Assembly (NCBI GenBank): GCA_048213135.1
Contig: PS015054.1
Span: forward strand, 443,812-485,987
Source: Reclinomonas americana ATCC 50394
Taxonomy: Eukaryota
Length of the DNA stretch: 42,176 nucleotides
Direction of reading: 5' to 3'
Shown: in pieces, positions 34,564 through 42,176 of the stretch
Numbering within the stretch: the first letter of the stretch is position 1
Layout of the letters: each line of letters begins with the position of its first letter
Made by a program: the position numbers and the translations under genes
Notes under the pieces: model-generated
The model's database searches: none
The model's input: the letters and a program-made list of their open reading frames with translations, nothing else
Told to the model about the DNA's origin: nothing

Positions 34564-36133
34564 TCAACTCACGACTCGACCTGCGTTGGTCGTCGACGAG
34601 CTTGCATGCAGCAGCAAAAGCCCCGATAGTGAGTAAGGTTTGCGGATCCGATCACGCTGCTGTGGCAATCCGTGAAAACACAGCTGACTTTTACTTTTCT
34701 CCAGCTGGTCCAGAGCCGCGCTCCACGCCAAGAACTGTGCCGACATGGTGTCCATCTGTGGTCACAGTGTGTGAGCACATACAACCGCAGTCGCGACGCC
34801 CTCTACACCACGAACCAGACGATCGTACGACTGCAGCAACTCCTCCAGCTCGGCCGACTGCCTCGCCGCCTCAATCACTTGCGGCGAGTGCACCGATTTC
34901 AGTGGCTGCACACGCGCCTCCAGAACCTCCGGCGTCGCTACGCACACAGGTACGTGAGTGCGCCCGTTGTGAGAAGGAAGAGTGGAACACACAAAACTCA
35001 CCCGGCAACGGCGTCTCCAAGTGCTGCTTGAGTGAGTCAATGGCGGCCAGCTGCGGCGCCATCACCTCCGTGACAAAGGCGTGTTGCGCGGTCAACACCG
35101 CCAGCTTCGCTTCTTTGCTGGTCTCCGCCGCGTCGACGTGGCCGGCTTCGAGGAGAGGGCCGAGCGAGTCCACTGTGGAGGAAGAAGGGGAGGTGAGGAA
35201 AAGGGGGCACCTGAACAACGACAGCACAAATGGATACGAGGATAGTGACACAAGGAGATAGAGGATGACAGACTCTGAAGACGCATGACTGACGGTGCAA
35301 CACTGTGCTGGATGAGCGGCAGAAGACAACTGTTTTGGAGAGAAAGAAAGAAAGACGCAAACGTACACCACGAGCACAACACTCAGTGGGAGCACAAGGG
35401 AGACGAGGAGACGTCAGACAGCAAGCACATTCATGAGCGAGTTCTGTGCGAATGCATCCCACGCCCTCTCTCTCACTCTGTGCAAGCGTGCACGCGTGAG
35501 AGAGAGAGAGAGATAGAGACAGTGAGTAAGTAAGAGTGGGTGGCGAAGAGACAACAGACTGAATGCATACCTCTCTCTCCAAGTGTGTGTGTGTGTGTGT
35601 GAGTGAGTGAGTGAGTATGTGTCGTTTTCTCAGTGTACAAGAGCATGATTGAGTGCGTGGCAACTGCACATTCCTCTCCCATCTCTCTCTCTGTGTGTGA
35701 GAGAGAGAGAGCGGCGATGAGAAAGTGACTGCGTGGCTTCTCCCACTCTCTCGCTCTTCTCATTCTCTCTCTTTCACACACACATTCTCTCTCTCTCTCT
35801 CTCTCTCTCTCTGCGCGCGTGTGTGAGCATGTATGCGCGAGACAACAACACATGCATTCCCTCCCTTCTTCTCTCCCTCTCTCCTCACACTCAACATTTG
35901 CTCAACAACGAATCAAAGCTAATGTACTCTCCACGCTGTGGACTCCACGTTGCCGCCTGCAACTGCGGCTCCAGCTCTTGCAGTCGCGCGCGCAACGACC
36001 TCACAGACACACTTGTCGCAGTTGCTGTCACAGTTGTTGATGTTGCTTCTCCTCGCGGATTGGTGGCGGGAGGCCGAGAGTGGCCAATGGCTGACTCGAG
36101 TGCGCTCACGCGTCGTTGCAAGCTCTCCTCCAT
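34564..36133 (-). CDS. DCTN3: Dynactin subunit p24/p22-like
   Basis: MEESLQRRVSALESAIG..., SKEAKLAVLTAQHAFV...LAAIDSLKQHLE and LEELLQSYDRL-MDTMSAQFLAWSAALDQLE parallel the DCTN3 pattern as I recall it (LQARVEELE; ASKLQFILA; LLEEYN...LSKQFVQWD..L.QLE). The exact 3' end and one middle exon are uncertain. Confidence 0.7.
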
Positions 36134-36321
36134 GACTTGCAAGATTGAAAATATGTCGAGTTGTCCTGTGCATGTACTGTCGTCTTTGTGCGCATTCGTG
36201 GACGCCCAGGAGTGCTCACAGAGGCAGCCTGTTTCGAGCCAGGTGCGTGTGGACATAGCGAGGTGCAGTGAGTGGGTCAAACAACACCACATTAACGATC
36301 CGAACAACTTGTCGACGTTGA

Positions 36322-36605
36322 CGTCCACGTATCCCTTGCCGACGTGTAAGGCGAACGGTGAGGTATTCGTGTGTGCGTGCTCCTGCTGCTCCGATTGTTG
36401 TGGCTGGCGAGTGAGGCCTTGGAGGAGAGAGTATATCGCAATTGCAACTTCGATACAAACTCTGCATTCCGAAGTCCACAAATCCCTTGCCAAAGGGCGA
36501 GGTTTTTATGCGTACGTGCATCTGCATCTACTGCTGCTGCTTTCACTGCTGTGGCTGGCGATTGAGGCCTTGGAGGCGAGAGCACTGCAATTTTCAACTT
36601 CGATA
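36322..36605. repeat. Degenerate two-copy direct repeat of about 150 bp
   Basis: The block gtccac..atcccttgcc...tgtggctggcga.tgaggccttggagg.gagag...gcaatt..caacttcgata occurs starting near 36324 and again near 36474. Confidence 0.8.
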
Positions 36606-37128
36606 TTTGAGTTGCGTGCAAGCAGCGTCTCGTACGCGTGCGTTGCGGCATGCAACACGCGAAGTGGACGAGCCGCGTGTGGAGCTTGCTCTTGTGTCGC
36701 GCTACGGGCTTTGCGGTTCACGGGTGCGCAGGCGACGTCGCTGCAGTTTGCAATTGCCGTCGACTGCGAATTCGAATTCGTCTGCTCTTCATCCCTACAT
36801 GCTACTATAGCTGTGCAGTATCATGTAGCGCGTTCAGGTGTTCCTGCAGCGCGCGGTTTCAAGGTCGACAGCAGTGTCCCGTGGAGTTGCAAATTGCAAT
36901 ATTGGCTTTGCAGTGGCTGCGCCGAGCTGCCTATTATCGCCCGCGTAACAAGCAATGCACTTCTCTCTTCTCGCGTTATCTACACTTGCATGTGCTGACA
37001 CTGCCTGAAACGAAAGCGCTTTTACTTGGCGGACAATGCGCGCGAGCAACTGACAATCACTCTTTTTCTCACGCCACACAAGCGCACTTTGTGTTGCTCT
37101 CTCTCTCTCTCAGTGTGTGTGTGTTCAG

Positions 37129-37398
37129 TTGAGCGCTTTGTGCGTGTCTGAGCAGTTCGCGCAAGAACATAATGTCTTTGCAAGAGATTTTGGTGAGTGT
37201 GTGTGTTTCTCCGCACTTTTTGTAACACACAGTCTTCTTGTGTCTCTCTCTCTCTCTCTGTGTATGTGTGCGTGTCTTTGTCTTTGTTGCTCGTCACATG
37301 AGGGAGTGTGTGCAGTGGAGAATGTGGCGAAAGTGTGTTCCGTCAGAAAGACAGACTCTCGCACATACTTTCTCACACTCACTCACACACATACACTC

Positions 37399-37440
<42 letters not shown>

Positions 37441-37489
37441 NNNNNNNNNNNNNNNNNNNNTCTCTCTCGTCTCGTCTCTCTACTCTCTC

Positions 37490-37545
<56 letters not shown>

Positions 37546-40500
37546 TCCTCACTCCCTTACCTTCCCCTCACCTTCCCCTCTCCTTCCCCTCACAGACCAT
37601 GGCCGTGCACGTCACCTCTCTCGGACAAGCCTTCTCGGAGATGATGTCCTCGCAAGCCGACGCCACCGAGCGCCTCACCTGCGACGTGTCTTCGCTGGCC
37701 AATGTTGCGCACTCGCGCTGGTGCACACGACGACACACACTGTTTAACCATCGCCCTGCGCAGCGCATCCGCTTGAGTCGCGAGGCCGCTGGTTTGGGAG
37801 AGCTCGACAAGCTGCGCGCGCGTCGTCGTGTGCCGCGTGGCGGCAAGCAGGTCAAACTGCCGCCGGATCGCATCCTGAGCTGCCCGAAGGTGTGCATTCG
37901 TTGACTCTCATGCAACTCTTGGCCTATCACTCTAATCCTGTATCTGTTCATTCTCCGCTGACGCCTATTCTTCTTCCACTCGCTCTTGCGTCTTGTCTGC
38001 GCCGTCTCCTCTCTCCTTTCCCATTTTCGTCACTTCGTTCTCTGAACTTCCCTCTTTCTTCTTCTACCACTCATACATCTTCCCTTTGCCGTGTCCTCTC
38101 TCCTTTTCTTGTGTTGCACTCCCCGCTCTGCACTATTCTTCCTCCCACTCCAGCATGTTTATTCGCCATCTCCTCTCTGCTATCCCCATTCCCATCATTC
38201 TGTTTCATTCCCTGCTCAATCTTCTTCCTCCACTTCTGCGTCTTTACTTCGTCGTCTCCTCGCCTTCCATTTCACGCCAGTTCTGTTGCATTCTGTGCTG
38301 CTGCTCATTCTTGTTGCACTTGCTTGTGCGCCTTTCCTTCTCGTCCATTCTTCTCCCACATGGCCTCCACCCGCCATCGTCTCTTTCCTCCCCTCCTTCT
38401 CACTCCTCCCCCTTTTCCCCCTCCCCCCTTCCCCCTTCCCCCTTCTCCCTCATCTTCTCCCTCATTTTCCCCCTTTCTGCAGCCCTGCGCCGTCCCTGAG
38501 TACGCCGACAAATCACCCTACGCCCTCAACATCCCCGACATGGAGCGCCTCGGCATCTCCCTTCGCTCGGCGGCCGACGAGGGTGCCGCAGCATTCGACC
38601 CGCTGGCCAACCGCTCGGCGGCCAGCGTTGCCGTGCCGTTCAAGCGCACCGAGAGGTTCCTTGTTTGTTGGAGAGTCCATCACCAACAAGAACTCTGACC
38701 GTCTCTTCTCCTCTCGTAGCGGTGGTGTCGCGCGTCCCGAAATCAGCGCTCCGCCGCCAATGCTCAACGCCGCACCACGTGCCAGTGTGCGCCCGGACGG
38801 TATGCTTCTGCAGTGTCGTGTTGTTTATGTCGTGCATCATCTCACCGTGCCCAACAGCTGGTGGACCGTCGCGTCCGATCGGCTCGCCGATGCCCCCATC
38901 GCCCTCGTCACAACGTTGCGTGTGTATTTTTTATCCTTTCAATCCACCCTTGCCTTTTCCTATGACGCTTACACTATCTGGCGACGATCAGTGGGTGCCA
39001 ACCAGCCTTCTGCTGGCACTCTCTCTACTCCGCCTCCCGCACCGCCGGCTGCTGCTGCTGGCCGTTCTCCGCCACCGCCGCCGCCGCGCCAAGATGGCGA
39101 CGCACAACGTTGTGTACCCTGCACGCCTACCTTCTGCTTTGTGTGTCGTGCTCACGCTTGTGTGTGTGCAGCCACGGTGCAACCAGTGGTGACTGGGCTC
39201 GCCAATCGCGCGCCGCCCCCACCGCCTCCACAGCAGCAGGGTCCCATCACCACCGGACCTCCACCGCCTCCACGCCAAAGCGGCACCGGTGCTCCGCCTG
39301 CGCCTCCATCCCGTACCGGAGGAGCGATTCCTAATGCCCCGCCACCGCCACCGCGTGATCGCAAGTCTCACGCGCCGGGCGCACCAGCCGCCATTCCGGT
39401 GCGCTCTTCGCGGTCATTTGTGCCATGCGCACGCCCCTCCTCATCCCTCTTCTTTTCTCTTTGCGCAGCCGCCTCCCGGTCAACCCACTGCCGGTGCTCC
39501 TCCTGCTGTGCCTCCACGTCCACCGGCGGCTACCCAGGCGCCCCCGCCTCCAGCTCCTCCAGCTGCTGCCAGCCCTCCTCCCGCGCCTCCTGTTCGCGCG
39601 AATCCTGCACCACCACCACCTCCTGCAGCGGGACCCCCGCCTCCCCCAGGTCCGCCACCGCCCCCGCCTCCTGGCCCTCCACCACCGCCAGGCCCACCGC
39701 CACCAGCACCGCGTGCTCCGGCCGCGCCAGCCGGCGGTCCGCCTGCTCGTTGCGTTGCCATTCGATCTATTTTGATTTTCTCCGCCCGTNNNNNNNNNNN
39801 NNNNNNNNNNNNNNNNNNNNNNNNNNNNNNNNNNNNNNNNNNNNNNNNNNNNNNNNNNNNNNNNNNNNNNNNNNNNNNNNNNNNNNNNNNNNNNNNNNNN
39901 NNNNNNNNNNNNNNNNNNNNNNNNNNNNNNNNNNNNNNNNNNNNNNNNNNNNNNNNNNNNNNNNNNNNNNNNNNNNNNNNNNNNNNNNNNNNNNNNNNNN
40001 NNNNNNNNNNNNNNNNNNNNNNNNNNNNNNNNNNNNNNNNNNNNNNNNNNNNNNNNNNNNNNNNNNNNNNNNNNNNNNNNNNNNNNNNNNNNNNNNNNNN
40101 NNNNNNNNNNNNNNNNNNNNNNNNNNNNNNNNNNNNNNNNNNNNNNNNNNNNNNNNNNNNNNNNNNNNNNNNNNNNNNNNNNNNNNNNNNNNNNNNNNNN
40201 NNNNNNNNNNNNNNNNNNNNNNNNNNNNNNNNNNNNNNNNNNNNNNNNNNNNNNNNNNNNNNNNNNNNNNNNNNNNNNNNNNNNNNNNNNNNNNNNNNNN
40301 NNNNNNNNNNNNNNNNNNNNNNNNNNNNNNNNNNNNNNNNNNNNNNNNNNNNNNNNNNNNNNNNNNNNNNNNNNNNNNNNNNNNNNNNNNNNNNNNNNNN
40401 NNNNNNNNNNNNNNNNNNNNNNNNNNNNNNNNNNNNNNNNNNNNNNNNNNNNNNNNNNNNNNNNNNNNNNNNNNNNNNNNNNNNNNNNNNNNNNNNNNNN

Positions 40501-40761
40501 NNNNNNNNNNNNNNNGTTGCTCACTCATTCACGCACAGCACCGGCCGGTGGCGGCGGTCGTGGTGCTCTGCTGGCCTCCATTCGTGGCGGTGCCACACTG
40601 AAGAAGGTCACTCCACCCGACGACTCGCCCAAGATTCGCCCTGGCGCAGGCGGCGGTGGTGGCGGCGGTGGCGGTGGTGGTGGCGGCGGTGGTGCTGCAG
40701 GCCGCGGACGCGGAGCCCCAATGAGCATGGCCGACGAGCTCGCCGCTCGTCTCCAGCGACG
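37129..40761 (+). CDS. Abi (Abl-interactor/SCAR-WAVE complex)-like protein with polyproline region and probable C-terminal WH2 motif; ends incomplete, spans N gaps
   Basis: Spliced LSALC...FARDFVENVAK-TMAVHVTSLGQAFSEMMSSQADATERLTCDVSSLAN-RIRLSREAAG...YALNIPDMERLGISL resembles the Abi N-terminal helical region. Poly-Pro follows at 39000-39750. After the gap come GRGALLASIRGGATLKKVT (WH2) and MSMADELAARLQR. Confidence 0.62.
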
Positions 40762-41478
40762 NNNNNNNNNNNNNNNNNNNNNNNNNNNNNNNNNNNNNNN
40801 NNNNNNNNNNNNNNNNNNNNNNNNNNNNNNNNNNNNNNNNNNNNNNNNNNNNNNNNNNNNNNNNNNNNNNNNNNNNNNNNNNNNNNNNNNNNNNNNNNNN
40901 NNNNNNNNNNNNNNNNNNNNNNNNNNNNNNNNNNNNNNNNNNNNNNNNNNNNNNNNNNNNNNNNNNNNNNNNNNNNNNNNNNNNNNNNNNNNNNNNNNNN
41001 NNNNNNNNNNNNNNNNNNNNNNNNNNNNNNNNNNNNNNNNNNNNNNNNNNNNNNNNNNNNNNNNNNNNNNNNNNNNNNNNNNNNNNNNNNNNNNNNNNNN
41101 NNNNNNNNNNNNNNNNNNNNNNNNNNNNNNNNNNNNNNNNNNNNNNNNNNNNNNNNNNNNNNNNNNNNNNNNNNNNNNNNNNNNNNNNNNNNNNNNNNNN
41201 NNNNNNNNNNNNNNNNNNNNNNNNNNNNNNNNNNNNNNNNNNNNNNNNNNNNNNNNNNNNNNNNNNNNNNNNNNNNNNNNNNNNCAACGGCTAAGCATCA
41301 GAGAAGCGAGAGGGAAACTCCCCGGACCATTGTGTGCGTGTCTCCTCTCGTGTGTTTTGTCATTTTTTCTCTCCCGCCAATGAACGCCGCTGCTGCTGCT
41401 GCTGCTACTGATGCTTGTGCTCACAACACGCTCCTGTATTCACATTCTTGCTTGGACCCTCCCCAACAGTCGCTTCTA

Positions 41479-41685
41479 TTACTCCTCTTCCTCCTCCGCT
41501 GGTGGAATGTCTTTTTCGAACCGGAACGAGTCCTCGACCTCCATGGCCCACGGGAACTTGTCCATCAGCGTCTTGGCAAAAATCTTCTTGATTGGCACAC
41601 CGTGTTTCTTGCACCACGCCACAGTGATGCGCGGGTCCAGATAATTGATCTTGGACGTGCCGAGAGCCACCGTCTTGTTGGTTTC
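41479..41685 (-). CDS. TOP1: DNA topoisomerase IB, last exon containing the catalytic tyrosine
   Basis: [47 protein letters not shown] after a ccaccag acceptor. Confidence 0.96.
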   Translation of the reverse strand, partial: ETNKTVALGTSKINYLDPRITVAWCKKHGVPIKKIFAKTLMDKFPWAMEVEDSFRFEKDIPPAEEEEE

Positions 41686-42176
41686 CTGGTGGAAAGGGAG
41701 AGAGAGTGGAATTCAGAAGGAAATGCGAAAGACGAAAGATGCTCTCAGAGCACGCTCAATCTACAGATATCTTTCACAACACTGCAATATGACACGGTTA
41801 TCACATTCCTGCTTAGGATAGACAGAGAGCATCTCCCAGTTTGCGCCTTCTACTCTCTGCCACTCTCACACAGAAATTCCATGACTGTCATAGAATCGTG
41901 TACAACCTCACCACAACATCAGGGAGAGAGAGAGGGAGAGGGAGAGAGCCAGACGGACAGACCTCATTAAACACGTCTCGCCAGGACAAAAAGACAGAAA
42001 GAGAGACAAAGACGGAGCATCGATCGCACCGTACTCATCTGCGCCACATCTTCTTATCGAGTGGCAGCAACTCACATCCAAACACAGGCACCAGAAAACC
42101 TCATGGCCAGAAAGACCCCAGAAAAATGTAATCAAATTGTCTCACCAGGAACTAGCAAAACAAATAGAGAGCATCA

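Noticed and set aside
34555-34585. SINSRL peptide recalling ribosomal protein L30
   Set aside because: Only six residues, no further similarity, and it lies antisense to the DCTN3 3' end.
6989-36133. Apparent cluster of centrosome/cytoskeleton genes (Kizuna-like, IQ, DCTN3)
   Set aside because: Interspersed with unrelated housekeeping genes, and the assignments are tentative; no evidence of functional clustering.
35733-36998. 421-aa plus-strand ORF
   Set aside because: Starts in CT microsatellite, overlaps DCTN3 antisense, and has a C/S/L-rich composition with no recognisable motif.
1815-37763. Several shifted-donor introns have 3n lengths (57-69 nt) and some lack stops
   Set aside because: Roughly half of a small sample; others are 59, 62, 65, 79, 83 and 85 nt. 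Too few to claim enrichment, and conserved motifs require their removal.
37892-38480. Long F/L/P/S-rich ORFs, and the E/R/G-rich ORF at 30521-31864
   Set aside because: These are translations of polypyrimidine or polypurine intronic tracts and N gaps.

Overview
Compact, intron-rich eukaryotic (protist-like) scaffold in the standard genetic code. Most introns are 45-100 nt, there are many CA/GA microsatellites, and there are four N gaps. By manual splicing, the genes from left to right are: 5' end of mitochondrial EF-G (-), GH18 chitinase (-), AA15 lytic polysaccharide monooxygenase (+), Kizuna-like coiled-coil protein (+), large TPR/IQ-repeat protein (-), dual-specificity pseudophosphatase (+), p24/TMED (-), ADAT3/Tad3 (+), DAK2/DhaL domain (-), an orphan first exon resembling UDP-glucose dehydrogenase (-), ubiquitin-RING-kinase (-), dynactin p24/DCTN3-like (-), Abi-like proline-rich protein with probable WH2 (+), and the last exon of topoisomerase IB (-). 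Two signals stand out. (1) A head-to-head secreted chitinase/LPMO pair shares one C-terminal cassette (PT linker, 5-Cys module, cadherin-like domains, CBM19-like 6-Cys module), suggesting a co-regulated and possibly physically coupled chitin-degrading system. (2) A window-wide class of 5' splice sites has its consensus shifted by one base (|GTTGCGT, |GTTGAGT, |GTTTCGT), mostly after a non-G exon end; several are pinned by conserved protein motifs. All gene models are manual and need transcript confirmation.
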